Below are positions 39,919 through 51,260 of a DNA stretch of 64,000 nt, piece after piece. Numbering within the stretch: position 1 is the first letter of the stretch; each line of letters begins with the position of its first letter. Under the pieces are notes generated by a model. It made no database searches and had not been told where the DNA came from. It saw nothing but the letters and a program-made list of their open reading frames with translations. The position numbers were made by a program, and so were the translations under genes. The DNA lies in the IMG/VR virus record IMGVR_UViG_3300035501_000922. One strand, given 5' to 3'. Source of the stretch: a virus (lineage: Duplodnaviria > Caudoviricetes).

Positions 39919-39973
39919 AGCTGCATACATAGAAACCCAATATAAGGAGGATTTTATTCCTTCTTTTTTTATC

Positions 39974-41161
39974 TTATTGTACATCATTTAAAATTTCATT
40001 TAGCGGTTTGTACAAATATGATGAAATTCTTTCAGGTGGAATTTCTCTATTATATTCAATACCAATAAAGTGAGAAGTCTTATCTTCCAGACTCATATTT
40101 CTATCAAATATGAATGAATACTTATCTGTTTCTTTTTTTACTTCTTCTTTTTGTTGTCTCCTTTTGACATCAATATAACCATTCATAATTTCTACTTTAA
40201 TACAATCGTTGAACTTATACTTTTCTTTTAAATATAGTATCAGTGATTCAGGGTCATCATGAGATTCAGGAATATTAAAAATAAACCTAACGTGGTCAAA
40301 AGCCTTAGATTTAATAAGTTTATCAATAGCATTAAGTTTGTCTTCCATTTCACTCATAGAATTAAACACTTTATCTTTATATCCAAAAGATATAGTTTTA
40401 TAAATTGGTGCCATTGTATTTTCAATAAATTCATGGCTATACTTTTCTTTCTTAGTATCATACTCTAATCTATAAAATCCCTTAGGTTCTTCTTCACCAA
40501 ATTGCCATCTAGTAAAAGAACCAACATAGAATACATCATCCATATCAGTATTCACATGATAATGTCCAAAGTATGTTTCCCCCTTACAGATTCTCCTAAA
40601 TTCAGCAGTAGAAAAAACTGGCACTTTTTTACGTTTTCCAGATTTATTTTCAATCTGTGATGCAGCTTCTTTCATAGCTTCTCTGATTACACCATGACCA
40701 AATACATAATTGTATTTTTTATTAGTACTAATAAAGTCATTATAATAATCAGATTTATCATATACATGCTCTTCTGGAAGATACAAAATATTCAAATCTG
40801 GAAATAGTTCTTCTTCTGATGCATATTTAACCAATTTGATATCAATATTCTTTATTGATGATAACTTAGTTAATATATTATATTGATTACATTCATGTGA
40901 TTCAGTACCATATATTAATCTTATTTTAGTATCACTACTACAAGAATTAATTATATCTAACATCATCATATATGCATATGAACTTTCTTTATCGTTTAAA
41001 AATAATTTGTGGTCGAAATAATCGCCACAAATTATAATATAATCTATATGTTTTTCTTCTTTCAGTTTTCTTATAAATATATTTTTATATTCTTCATATA
41101 GTTTTTCTATTTCTTTTATTCCTATATGTATGTCACTTATCACATATCCTGTGTATTTCAT
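39974..41161 (-). CDS. sbcD: SbcD/Mre11-like metallophosphoesterase nuclease
   Basis: SDIHIG, CGDYFD, GTESHE, GHG, GHYH, YVGSF. Confidence 0.88.
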   Translation of the reverse strand: MKYTGYVISDIHIGIKEIEKLYEEYKNIFIRKLKEEKHIDYIIICGDYFDHKLFLNDKESSYAYMMMLDIINSCSSDTKIRLIYGTESHECNQYNILTKLSSIKNIDIKLVKYASEEELFPDLNILYLPEEHVYDKSDYYNDFISTNKKYNYVFGHGVIREAMKEAASQIENKSGKRKKVPVFSTAEFRRICKGETYFGHYHVNTDMDDVFYVGSFTRWQFGEEEPKGFYRLEYDTKKEKYSHEFIENTMAPIYKTISFGYKDKVFNSMSEMEDKLNAIDKLIKSKAFDHVRFIFNIPESHDDPESLILYLKEKYKFNDCIKVEIMNGYIDVKRRQQKEEVKKETDKYSFIFDRNMSLEDKTSHFIGIEYNREIPPERISSYLYKPLNEILNDVQ

Positions 41162-41339
41162 GGATTGGACCTCCCTTTCCCCCGGATATTACCAAAATGT
41201 CAGTACTAAAATAAAATTCTATTTTTTTTTGTTATTAGTAAAGCTAATGATTATATTTATATATTATTTATATGCAAATAACTCGATTAAAAAAGAAGAA
41301 AATCGAGTACAAGTATATAATTTTGGAGGTTTAAAAAAA

Positions 41340-42227
41340 ATGAGTAAGAAAAACAGAAAGAAAATCATGAACAGAAGACTTGCTGCAATTTTGGCTTGCA
41401 CAGCCATCATAGCAACATGTAGTAGTGTCGCATCTTTAAAAGATGCTGACATGAATAACAACACCATCAACAACGATGTTGCGTATGGAGAAAACACATC
41501 ATCAGCAACAGGAGTATATGAAACTGCTGCATATACAAGTCCTGCTGTAGATACATATGTAGAAATACCAGCAGAAATACCACAGGTGTCATCATCTGAA
41601 TCCTCTGATTCAGATAGCTCAGTAGACAGTTCGTCTGCTGATACATACGGGTTACCTGAGGAAATCATTCCCGAGTCCGAATCAAATGCTACTAAAGCGG
41701 TTGATGAAGTTAATGATGATACATCCGAAGAATCTGAAGAATCCGAAGAATCCGTTTCGGTGTTGGATGGTACCGTCACGTATACACCTTCATGGTGGTC
41801 TGATACACGTATGTCCTACATGGACTATACATGTATAACCGACCAGAGCAGCGACCAGTGGAAGTTACAACATTGGTATGCTTATACTGACTTCACTACA
41901 GGTATAAGAATGGTAAATGGTCGATACTGTGTAGCAGTTGGTTCACAGTATACCACTACCAAAGGACAGTATCTTGATGTCGTTCTTGAGAACGGCACTA
42001 GGATACCATGTATTCTCGCTGACTGTAAAGCTGACCAAGACACTCTTGATGGTCTTGGAAGAATCGGAGCAGATGGGGGGATTGTGGAGTTCGTAGTAGA
42101 TACCCCATATCTTCCTTATATGGTCAGACAGATGGGCTCTAATGAATACCAGTTCGACTCGGACTGGCAGAGCCCTGTGGATTACATTGTTGTTTATGAC
42201 AACGGTGTGAATATCGGAGGAAATTAA
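41340..42227 (+). CDS. Exported protein with S/E-rich linker and 3D/double-psi-barrel-like cell-wall domain
   Basis: Basic n-region plus hydrophobic segment; YCVAVG..G.YLDV.L.NG..IPCILADCK; early motif 41256-41267. Confidence 0.55.
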   Translation: MSKKNRKKIMNRRLAAILACTAIIATCSSVASLKDADMNNNTINNDVAYGENTSSATGVYETAAYTSPAVDTYVEIPAEIPQVSSSESSDSDSSVDSSSADTYGLPEEIIPESESNATKAVDEVNDDTSEESEESEESVSVLDGTVTYTPSWWSDTRMSYMDYTCITDQSSDQWKLQHWYAYTDFTTGIRMVNGRYCVAVGSQYTTTKGQYLDVVLENGTRIPCILADCKADQDTLDGLGRIGADGGIVEFVVDTPYLPYMVRQMGSNEYQFDSDWQSPVDYIVVYDNGVNIGGN

Positions 42228-42421
42228 TTAAAATTAAAAAATACGGCGTTTCATTAGCGTCGTATTTTTTTTTATTTTTTTTAGTATATTTTTTTACTGT
42301 GGGTATAACGTTTAATTAATCTCGTAATAAATATGATTTTTGTTACGAAGTTATATATTATTCAAACGGTAATACTTTATTGTATTATACATTTTATTAT
42401 TTTGAAAGGAGCCGGTGTCAA

Positions 42422-43126
42422 ATGGCTAATGAAATTATTACAAGGAGTGGAATTACTCCTAACGAGAATGGATTGCCTTTCACGGTGACAACCGCCGATG
42501 TCGAAAATTATCTTCAGGGAAAGATTGACGTCATCACTAACGAGATTGCACGTGCGACAGGCGAGAATTTACCTCACGTAGACATTAAGGTCTACACAAC
42601 AGAAGCGGGAAGAAACTTCCTGCCGTTTATGATTGTTCTTCCGTTATCAGTTTTGGAGGATAATCATAAAAAGAAGAAGAATAACGATGAGCTTCCGATG
42701 TTTAATCCTGAGACAGAATGCGGAGCAGCGAAACTTCAGCGTCCGTATTTCAATATGATTAAGGCTTATGGATACAGTGATGACGATATCAAAGCTTTTT
42801 CATCTGGAGATTGGAAACGTGCAAGAGGTGTAGCAAGCAGCACGATACCTATTCTTAAGAGTGTTAGCAGACCGAAGATTAATACAATTAATGGAAATCT
42901 TCAGATGGTAACTGTTATGCTTGATCCTCTGAGAGTCTTTCACGATATGCTCGTAATGCAGGGAGATAATAATCGTGATTTCCGCATTGAAATTAGCGGA
43001 TGGCAGAAGATTAGAACGGGCGAGTTCCGTTTTGACATTAAGCGTATGACTTACAGAAAGAAGAATAATAAGAAGTATCAGGAAACTTTCGTTGATGAAC
43101 TCAACAGAAAGATGAGAGGCCGCTAA
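42422..43126 (+). CDS. Hypothetical early protein
   Basis: GAAAGGAG RBS; early motif 42350-42361. Confidence 0.75.
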   Translation: MANEIITRSGITPNENGLPFTVTTADVENYLQGKIDVITNEIARATGENLPHVDIKVYTTEAGRNFLPFMIVLPLSVLEDNHKKKKNNDELPMFNPETECGAAKLQRPYFNMIKAYGYSDDDIKAFSSGDWKRARGVASSTIPILKSVSRPKINTINGNLQMVTVMLDPLRVFHDMLVMQGDNNRDFRIEISGWQKIRTGEFRFDIKRMTYRKKNNKKYQETFVDELNRKMRGR

Positions 43127-43247
43127 TTATTAACTTCTTTGCTTTATAAATTGAATGAGTTGGAGATTTTTCTCCAACTCATTTTTTTATTGTAAAATAA
43201 GTCATTTAACTTTTTATTAACAATCTTATTTTAAGGGGGTCAAGAAG

Positions 43248-44345
43248 GTGTCAGATTATAATTCCTTTGATCCTTTCTCAGTGTGCTTTAATATCTTAAA
43301 AATGAGATATAAAGACTATGATGAAAGCTTAAGCTCAAAAGAGTTTCTTGAACCATATGACAAAATTAATGTATTTATTAACTTAGAGACAGTGTTTAAG
43401 CATCTGTCAATGATACCAGATTTAGAAAAGAAATTAGTACTTCAAAGAGATTTCGATATAATACTGGTATCAAATATTTTAAACCTAGCTGCACATTATA
43501 AACGTTTTTTCATAATAAATGGGCTAGATACAAAAGTTTATTTATACCATACTGATTTTGATAGTGACAATTTTAATCAGTATAAATATAATGAGGATTA
43601 TCGCACATATTATTTAGTAAAATATAATGATAATCCTAAATTTGTTTACCTTACAGAGGCTTTAAAAGCATCTATTCTACCTGAGATTCGGACATACTGT
43701 GAGTTTATACCAAATCTATATTATATATCAGCTAAGAATATAGAAGGTTCACTAGTACCTTTAGTTATAGCAAATGAAAATAAAGTAAGAAAAAACTTAA
43801 TTATTGGTGGAGAGTATTATGATACTCAATATAGTTTTATTCCGAAATTTGTTAATCATTTTATTCATAAAGGCCCAGGATATAACTCAGTCACAAGTAG
43901 TCCAAAAGAATACCTAAAAGAAATAACCAAGAAATCTGACGATGATATTAAAGCTATGACAAATATTTATAATTCACATAGCACATACTGTTCATTAATA
44001 TCAGTACTTGGTGACAGGAGCAGGTCTATAGATGGTCTTAGTGGAATAGGACCAAAAATCTTACAAAAATATATAGAATCAGGATTACAGAGAAATGAAA
44101 TACAACTCACAACAACAAATCCTGAAATGATTGGTTCTATCTTTCATGATGAAGATATGAAAGAAGAATTTATTAATAACTACTACTGTACAAGTTTATT
44201 GGATATGTATGATGAACTAACTTCATCAGAAAAACTATCTATAACTAATCAACGACGTGATAGATATGACATGAATTCATTGATATCACTAAATAATACA
44301 AGATTTTATAATCATCCGCTGATTTTGGAATCGTTATCGCTATAA
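43248..44345 (+). CDS. 5'-3' exonuclease/FEN-fold protein
   Basis: NEDYR, LGDRSRSIDGLSGIGPK helix-hairpin motif; several acidic residues diverged. Confidence 0.6.
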   Translation: MSDYNSFDPFSVCFNILKMRYKDYDESLSSKEFLEPYDKINVFINLETVFKHLSMIPDLEKKLVLQRDFDIILVSNILNLAAHYKRFFIINGLDTKVYLYHTDFDSDNFNQYKYNEDYRTYYLVKYNDNPKFVYLTEALKASILPEIRTYCEFIPNLYYISAKNIEGSLVPLVIANENKVRKNLIIGGEYYDTQYSFIPKFVNHFIHKGPGYNSVTSSPKEYLKEITKKSDDDIKAMTNIYNSHSTYCSLISVLGDRSRSIDGLSGIGPKILQKYIESGLQRNEIQLTTTNPEMIGSIFHDEDMKEEFINNYYCTSLLDMYDELTSSEKLSITNQRRDRYDMNSLISLNNTRFYNHPLILESLSL

Positions 44346-44374
44346 GACATTAATATAAAAGGTTGGTGATAACA

Positions 44375-45649
44375 ATGTCTTTATATAAAAGCGGAGATAG
44401 AATACTAAAATGGAGATACTGTACTACTGATTTACAAATATTAATACCGGGAGAAGAAGCTTATCAACTTCCGAGTGAACGATTATCTTCATTAGCTATT
44501 CTTAATGATTACGAAAATAACGCATATCCAGTTTTTAGAATTGAGTTGGTTTTAGAACCATCACTATATTATAAAATATTAGACAACAAGAATGATGTTC
44601 AATTTCATCTGCGAATTCAGAAGTATTATCATCTAAATGATAGTAGTACAAGCTCTTTAAAACGAGATTGTATAAATGATACATTTAATCTTATTTTAGA
44701 TGATGAAGCTTCTGATTTATCAGATGTTACCAAACGTAAAAAATACAAATATAACTTTAAGTACGTAAGAGAAGATGATACAAATGACCTTGAAAATGCT
44801 AATAACAAACTTGAATTTTTTTTATTTAAGTCGAGCACTATTCGAGGAATGAGTAACAAAAACGTTAATGCAGTTCTTAAAGATTGCACCGTAACTGATG
44901 CAATATCATATGTTCTATCTACGGCTGATGTACGTAATGTACTAATGAGTCCACCACATAATACTACAGTATATGATAACATAGTAATTCCACCTATGAG
45001 TTGTATAAGAGCAATGAGATTTCTTGATTCATATTATGGAATCTATAGAACTGGTAGTTTAATGTTTTTTGGGTTAGACTATTCGTATATTTTACAATAT
45101 GATGGAGCATGTACTGCATACAGAACTAATGAAATACAAAATACACAGATTATTATTCCAGCATCAATAGAGGACCATACAACTGAATGCTGCACATTAT
45201 CAAAAGATGTGGATGCAACAACTAACTATATAGTTGCTGATTATCGTTCATTACAGATTATTGACGCATCTATTACGAATGATATAGTATCTGCAAATAA
45301 TGTAGAATTTATTGATGATTACAGTGGGCAAATAACAAAAAATACCAGTAGTACTGATAATGACACACCTGCTGTTAAAATACAGGAAAACACAACTGAA
45401 AATGATTGGTTGGGTCAAACTTATGTTGCCCAAGCATCAGCAATGAATACTGTAGTTAATGTATTATTAATGGATTATGATATTGATATGGTAACACCTA
45501 ATAAAAAATTTAACTTAGTATTTGAAGATACTGGATTGACCAGTAAGTACAACGGAGTATATATGCTCACATCTATAAATCATAAATTTATAAAAGATGG
45601 TAGTGATTTTTCTATTACTAGCATGATACAATTAAAGAAAACAAAATAA
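44375..45649 (+). CDS. Putative virion structural (baseplate hub-like) protein
   Basis: GACA-N6-TA upstream; C-terminal YNGVYMLTSINHKF pattern. Confidence 0.5.
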   Translation: MSLYKSGDRILKWRYCTTDLQILIPGEEAYQLPSERLSSLAILNDYENNAYPVFRIELVLEPSLYYKILDNKNDVQFHLRIQKYYHLNDSSTSSLKRDCINDTFNLILDDEASDLSDVTKRKKYKYNFKYVREDDTNDLENANNKLEFFLFKSSTIRGMSNKNVNAVLKDCTVTDAISYVLSTADVRNVLMSPPHNTTVYDNIVIPPMSCIRAMRFLDSYYGIYRTGSLMFFGLDYSYILQYDGACTAYRTNEIQNTQIIIPASIEDHTTECCTLSKDVDATTNYIVADYRSLQIIDASITNDIVSANNVEFIDDYSGQITKNTSSTDNDTPAVKIQENTTENDWLGQTYVAQASAMNTVVNVLLMDYDIDMVTPNKKFNLVFEDTGLTSKYNGVYMLTSINHKFIKDGSDFSITSMIQLKKTK

Positions 45650-45688
45650 AATATGGTGAATGGCAATATTGCCATTCACCATATTTTT
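45649..45688. terminator. Bidirectional intrinsic terminator
   Basis: AAATATGGTGAATGGC/GCCATTCACCATATTT. Confidence 0.8.
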
Positions 45689-48420
45689 TATTGGTTGTCA
45701 TTATTGTTATTATTTGAAGTATTAGAACTTTCAGATACTAACGACCTTAAAAGATTCATATAATCTTTCTGTCTATCAAATATTGCTGTAAGAACTGCAT
45801 TGCAATACATTGTAACATAGTTCTTTGCAGCACTGCCTTTATCAGACATATTATTTACACTAGTAGAATTATTGTTGTTATTATTCTGGTTAGTGTTATT
45901 ATTTGTATTGGTGTTGTTATTTGTGTTACCATTGTTATTGTTGTTATTATTTGTATTATTGGAAGTGTTATTATTAGCTTCTGTGAAAAGTAAACCAAAG
46001 TCTACATCACATGCACTTTCTTTAATAACACTACTAATTGAAGTATTAAGATTATCCTTAATATTCTCAATGTTCTGTCTTATTCCGGGTAAGAAGTTTG
46101 TATAGAAAACTTCACAATACGAAACTGCATTACCTATGATAGCCTTTAACATATCACCACTAACATTTGATGCTTGTGATGAAGTATTATTTCCAACCTT
46201 ATAATACTGAGTTATTGCATCTGCAGGCTTATCAGAATTCCATACATTTGCAGGAGGTGCTGACGGGAAAAGAATCTTTAAGATATCATCTTTCGTATTA
46301 GTACCATTCAGCTTCTGCATTGTTGATGTATTGATACGGTTTTTAAGTCCAACCATGTCATTTGTTATATTATTATACGGCATTAATGACTCATAATTAA
46401 GTATAGGCTGTGCGCTGGTTACTCCACCGCAATCTTTATTTAACAATTCATTTTTGAACTTATTAATATATTCTTGGTCTCGTTTTGCCTGTTGTGATTC
46501 AACAATATTGTTGAGTTTTGACATTACCTGCTCAAACCATTTATTTATCTGCTCAACTAATGTCTTACCAAAGTTATTCTTTGTATTGTTAGTATTATTC
46601 TGAGGCGTGTTGTTATTTGTGCTTGTATTGTTATTCGTTGTATTGGTATCAGCTTCAAAAATAATTCTAACACCACGGTCTCTCATTTCACGAGCCTTAT
46701 AATATTCTTTTGTCATAGACTCAAAAATAGCATTTGTAAGCTCTTCATAATCAAGAATGATTGATTCATAAATTGAGTCATTGAAGTTTGTACTTTCAGT
46801 AAGCGGTTCATGTAAAGCAATGGATGTTTCTCTCTTATCTCTCATAACATCAAGATTGAGATTGATATTCTTTAATCTTAACATGAACTTTCCAGCAGTC
46901 ATATTTGTAAGCTTAATGTACTGCTCTTCTAAATCTTTCATAAAGATTTTTAACTCATTAATAGCTTCTGCATTTGCAAATTCACCGTTGATATTATGCT
47001 CAAATCTCTCAGTAAGTGCGTTCATCTTAAGCTTGCAATCATATATATTATTTGCAAGTGTCTCCATGTTCTTAGGATAATCCTTAATTTCATGAAGCAT
47101 TTTAAAGAATACAGTATTGAAATTCTCAACAGGAATACCAGCTGCTGAAGTATACTCTGTAATATCATCAAAACCTTCTACAGTTGATTTGAATCTATCA
47201 TCTAAACGAACACTGAAACCTGCCTTTTCAATGATATTATCAAATACCAATAAGTAGTCATCACTATAGCTTGATATAATATCTAAGCCTTGCGAAATAA
47301 TGATATACATCTTGTTAGCTTCTTGATATTGCTTATTGTCATAGTCTGTGTCATCTATTGCTAAAGATACGGAACCCTCTGAATTTCCCAGTACATTTAA
47401 AGGAGCTACTGGGTTATTCATAAGTAATCCAGTATAGTAATCAAAGATATTACTTGCTATTGTACTATATGCATCAGATTGACCTGCTATTAATGCTTCA
47501 CTTAAACTGTTAGTGTCTGACGGAATTACTATATTAGCATCCATTGCACTTTCAATCATATTCGTTATGTTCTTATTCTTAGAGAGTGCATTATAAAGGT
47601 CAATACACGCATTGATATTATTTGCATATGAATTTATCTTACGAATAACCATATAAGCTAAGAATGAAGTAACATCCATTAAAGCACGGAATGTGTTATA
47701 TGTAATATAATTAAGTCTCTTAACTATATCAGAGGATAATCCCTCTCTTTGTTTAATAGTTTCAATAGTCTTAACATATGCATTTATTTCGTCATCACAT
47801 TTATTTATTGTACTAATGGTTTCCATAGCATCATGTTGTAATGATGCAGTGGCTTCATCCATAGATTTCAGAAAAGGAATAATTGTATCTTTTACGTAAC
47901 CATTATCAGCTTTTCTAAAACCAGAGTTATCAATTTTGATAAGCTGCTTAGGAGAATTCAAATAAGGAAGAGATGTCTTTACCATCTGTTTCTTTACTTT
48001 TTCAGTCATATCCAGAGATACCAACTTATCAATATCAAATTTGTTATCTTCACCTTTAATAGTACGGTCGATAATTAAACCAATATTTGTTACAAACTGT
48101 GTAAGATACTGAGGTTTAATTGTAGTAACATCCGATGTTGTAATATCTCGTACATCATCTGTAATAGAATTAATAACATCTTTACTACAAGTCGAGAAGA
48201 AACTAATCATTTCTTCTTTATGAATTTGCATACTATTAAAGTTCTGAAGAACAGAAGTAATCATTGTAGAATAATGACTAAGCTCCACATTAGTCTTAAC
48301 AAGCCCAACTTTATTTGCTACTGAGTATTTTGCATTCGAAATGAAATTTGACATATCAAATTCACGATAGAGTTGAAGGTCGTTAAGCACATAGTCGTAT
48401 TCGTTAAAAATAGAGGACAT
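45688..48420 (-). CDS. Large putative internal head protein with Asn-rich linkers
   Basis: IFE|A, FTE|A, LTE|S sites; in late operon. Confidence 0.6.
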   Translation of the reverse strand: MSSIFNEYDYVLNDLQLYREFDMSNFISNAKYSVANKVGLVKTNVELSHYSTMITSVLQNFNSMQIHKEEMISFFSTCSKDVINSITDDVRDITTSDVTTIKPQYLTQFVTNIGLIIDRTIKGEDNKFDIDKLVSLDMTEKVKKQMVKTSLPYLNSPKQLIKIDNSGFRKADNGYVKDTIIPFLKSMDEATASLQHDAMETISTINKCDDEINAYVKTIETIKQREGLSSDIVKRLNYITYNTFRALMDVTSFLAYMVIRKINSYANNINACIDLYNALSKNKNITNMIESAMDANIVIPSDTNSLSEALIAGQSDAYSTIASNIFDYYTGLLMNNPVAPLNVLGNSEGSVSLAIDDTDYDNKQYQEANKMYIIISQGLDIISSYSDDYLLVFDNIIEKAGFSVRLDDRFKSTVEGFDDITEYTSAAGIPVENFNTVFFKMLHEIKDYPKNMETLANNIYDCKLKMNALTERFEHNINGEFANAEAINELKIFMKDLEEQYIKLTNMTAGKFMLRLKNINLNLDVMRDKRETSIALHEPLTESTNFNDSIYESIILDYEELTNAIFESMTKEYYKAREMRDRGVRIIFEADTNTTNNNTSTNNNTPQNNTNNTKNNFGKTLVEQINKWFEQVMSKLNNIVESQQAKRDQEYINKFKNELLNKDCGGVTSAQPILNYESLMPYNNITNDMVGLKNRINTSTMQKLNGTNTKDDILKILFPSAPPANVWNSDKPADAITQYYKVGNNTSSQASNVSGDMLKAIIGNAVSYCEVFYTNFLPGIRQNIENIKDNLNTSISSVIKESACDVDFGLLFTEANNNTSNNTNNNNNNNGNTNNNTNTNNNTNQNNNNNNSTSVNNMSDKGSAAKNYVTMYCNAVLTAIFDRQKDYMNLLRSLVSESSNTSNNNNNDNQ

Positions 48421-49922
48421 TATGATTTACCTCCTGACTTATTAGAATTTGATGATCCATTAACGATGGCGTCATATTCTCGTTTTATTGCTCTTAAATA
48501 ATCATTTGATTTATGATACCTTTCGGCAACTTCAGGATTTTGTTCAAGATACCCTATAAATTCCGCTCGAGCCAATTCAGTATTCCTAAATTTTTCGATT
48601 GCATCTTCTTTGTTTCTTCTTTTTTTACTCTCTCGATCTTTTATTGATGCATTGATTTTTCCTCTCTCAGAAGCTTCTGATCTGTCTTCCTCAAGTTGAT
48701 TAAGTACTTTTTGATTTTCGTAATCAGAATCAAATTCAAGATCAGCCTGACGAGCAGCTGTTTTATTTTTCTTAGTAATAGTATCAAAGTCATCCTGATG
48801 TTTCTTATCAAATTCAAGATCAGCCTGACGAGCAGCTGTTTTATTTTTCTTAGTAATAGTATCAAAGTCATCCTGATGTTTCTTATCAAATTCAAGATCA
48901 GCCTTGCGAGTTGCCTTTCTCCTACGATATTCTTCATCATGTGTTTTTTTCTTTTCCATTTTTGATGCCTGTTTCATATCATCAATATAACTTGATTTAG
49001 CGTCACCAAACACAACCTTGCCTGGCTTACTTCCGATAACTTTATCTATACCATCAGCTATACTATTTATCATTCTATCAAATATAGATTGATGTTTTTG
49101 GATAGCTTTTGAATACAGTCCATTTCTTTCTCTATTCATAGCAAGCTTCCATGCAATAACACCTTTATCCGCCATTTCAGGATTTTCTTCAGTTATGTGT
49201 TTATAAAATTTATAGTTTTCACTTTTTTGATGCATTTTTGCTTCACTTAATTTATTTTTCCATGTTGTAATTTCTGGCTTAAATTTATGAATGGCAACTC
49301 CAAGTGTTATAACCGCTGTTGCAGCTGCCGCAACTTTCTTAACGTTTGTTGCTTTATCACTGTCAGTTCCAACCCATTTCTTTTTAGCCTTTTCCCATTT
49401 ACCCTTTAGTGTATTAGGGTCAATATCTTTTTCTTTACTCATTTTAAGGATAGCTTCAAATTCCTTATCTAATTCAGATAGAGATTTCATATCTGAAAAA
49501 TCTAATCCACCCTCATCACAAAGAACTTGTATTTTTTCCTTAGCTAATTCTGGGTGTTGCTTTAAAAGTAAATCCATTTTCTTTTCATTAGACTTAAATT
49601 TAAAACCAATACTTTTTACTTTATCAATAAGTCGGTCAATCATTTCCATGAACTTCTTACTCATTTCAATGATTTTTTCACCAATTTTTTCAATAAAATT
49701 TTTATTTTCAGATTCTAAAACAAGTTGCTTGTCTTCATCAATTTCACCAATGACTGATGATTCAAAAATAATAAGATCTGTTTTTGATTTTAAATCGGCA
49801 TAAGCCTCATAAATATCATCCAATGATGTTTCGAGATATCTTTGAAATAAGCTACAAGGATCGTTAAATACTGATCCTTCACATCCATTGTTTATATAAT
49901 TAACACTAATCAATGAGGTCAA
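48420..49922 (-). CDS. Putative internal head protein
   Basis: VLE|S plus amphipathic helix; AAAATAVITLGVAI segment; late promoter 49948-49959. Confidence 0.6.
   Translation of the reverse strand: MTSLISVNYINNGCEGSVFNDPCSLFQRYLETSLDDIYEAYADLKSKTDLIIFESSVIGEIDEDKQLVLESENKNFIEKIGEKIIEMSKKFMEMIDRLIDKVKSIGFKFKSNEKKMDLLLKQHPELAKEKIQVLCDEGGLDFSDMKSLSELDKEFEAILKMSKEKDIDPNTLKGKWEKAKKKWVGTDSDKATNVKKVAAAATAVITLGVAIHKFKPEITTWKNKLSEAKMHQKSENYKFYKHITEENPEMADKGVIAWKLAMNRERNGLYSKAIQKHQSIFDRMINSIADGIDKVIGSKPGKVVFGDAKSSYIDDMKQASKMEKKKTHDEEYRRRKATRKADLEFDKKHQDDFDTITKKNKTAARQADLEFDKKHQDDFDTITKKNKTAARQADLEFDSDYENQKVLNQLEEDRSEASERGKINASIKDRESKKRRNKEDAIEKFRNTELARAEFIGYLEQNPEVAERYHKSNDYLRAIKREYDAIVNGSSNSNKSGGKS
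48729..48904. repeat. 78-bp coding tandem repeat (about 2.3 copies)
   Basis: ADLEFDKKHQDDFDTITKKNKTAARQ unit at 48729, 48807, 48885. Confidence 0.9.
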
Positions 49923-50043
49923 CCCCTTTCATATCATTAAAATATTTTAATAAATTGTTTTTTGCCCAAAATAGGACATATCCTTTCGTTAAGGATATGT
50001 CCTATTATTTGAATTTATAGTGTAAATTTATTTTTTAATAATA

Positions 50044-51183
50044 TTAAAATTTACCCGCAAGAAAAGAGCCTGCAGATTTATTAACAGAATTAAAATGCTT
50101 TGATTGTCTCTCCATGGACTTAGCTTCAGATTTTTCGTATTTATTATTTTTCATTTTCCATTTTTCAACTCGTTGTTGATACTGCTCTGTCGTTTCTCCA
50201 TCATTGTGCACGGGATAGTTTTTTTGGTGCTTAACGTATTTATCGTTACGTGAAAAGATATTACGTACACCATGTTTAGCACTTCCCTTTACAGCACTAC
50301 CTACAGCATCCTTAGCAATATCTTTTGCACTATCAATTACTGTATCACGAAGTGCTTGATTATGTAATGCTTGCTTTGTAAGGCCCCTCGCATTTTTAGA
50401 AAATAATTTGCCTTTAGTGATGTCATTTATAGCATCAATTTCAGCTTTAAGACACTGTGAAAAAGAATTAAATTTTTCTTTTCTCAAGCGAATAAGCCAA
50501 CCGTAAAGTTTCGATTCACTTGAATAACGTTTAATGTCTTTTTGAAAATGTTTTGCTTGTGCTTCACCCATAGCATCTTGAAGTGCATCTAAAGCAGCAT
50601 TGTCTTTTTGAAGTTCACCATGAAGTATCTGTGCAAATTCTCTATTTGATACTGCACCTTTCAACAGTAAATCTGCTGAAACTGCTGATGCAACGCCCAT
50701 GGCTCCTTTTTTAAAAAATGATGAAATTTTATTTATTAAATCTTCGACAGGTGTATTTTCATTAGCTTTTACTTCACGAATTCTTGCTTCCGTTTCGTTA
50801 ATTAATTTATCATATTGTGCATTAATAGCTCTAAAATCCCTGATAGTAACTTTTTTATTTTTTAAAGATGGGTCTTGTTTGCAAGCAGCTTTAAATCTTT
50901 CAAAGGCTTCTCTTTCTTTTTCATCCATCCTTAACTCAGTAATAAAATTCTTGATGGTCTCAATTACATTATGGATCATTGCTTTTAATGATTTGATTAC
51001 TTTCATAAAAGCGTTGTCACCTTTTTTAACAGCCTTAGTATTATCATTTGCTTGCTGCTGAACTTTAGGATTCCCATCTTCAAATATCATTTGATACTCT
51101 GAGATGGGAACATATTGATTATATGCTTCTTCCATTTCTTTCAATCCATCTACAAATTCTCTATAAAGAATAGCATCGGTCAT
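50044..51183 (-). CDS. Putative internal head protein
   Basis: IFE|D plus amphipathic helix; paralogous to neighbours. Confidence 0.6.
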   Translation of the reverse strand: MTDAILYREFVDGLKEMEEAYNQYVPISEYQMIFEDGNPKVQQQANDNTKAVKKGDNAFMKVIKSLKAMIHNVIETIKNFITELRMDEKEREAFERFKAACKQDPSLKNKKVTIRDFRAINAQYDKLINETEARIREVKANENTPVEDLINKISSFFKKGAMGVASAVSADLLLKGAVSNREFAQILHGELQKDNAALDALQDAMGEAQAKHFQKDIKRYSSESKLYGWLIRLRKEKFNSFSQCLKAEIDAINDITKGKLFSKNARGLTKQALHNQALRDTVIDSAKDIAKDAVGSAVKGSAKHGVRNIFSRNDKYVKHQKNYPVHNDGETTEQYQQRVEKWKMKNNKYEKSEAKSMERQSKHFNSVNKSAGSFLAGKF

Positions 51184-51260
51184 ATTTTTCATTCCTTTCA
51201 TAAAAAATAATAGGGGTGGGATTTTGTTTACCCCACCCCTAAGAGGAGAATCATTATGAA

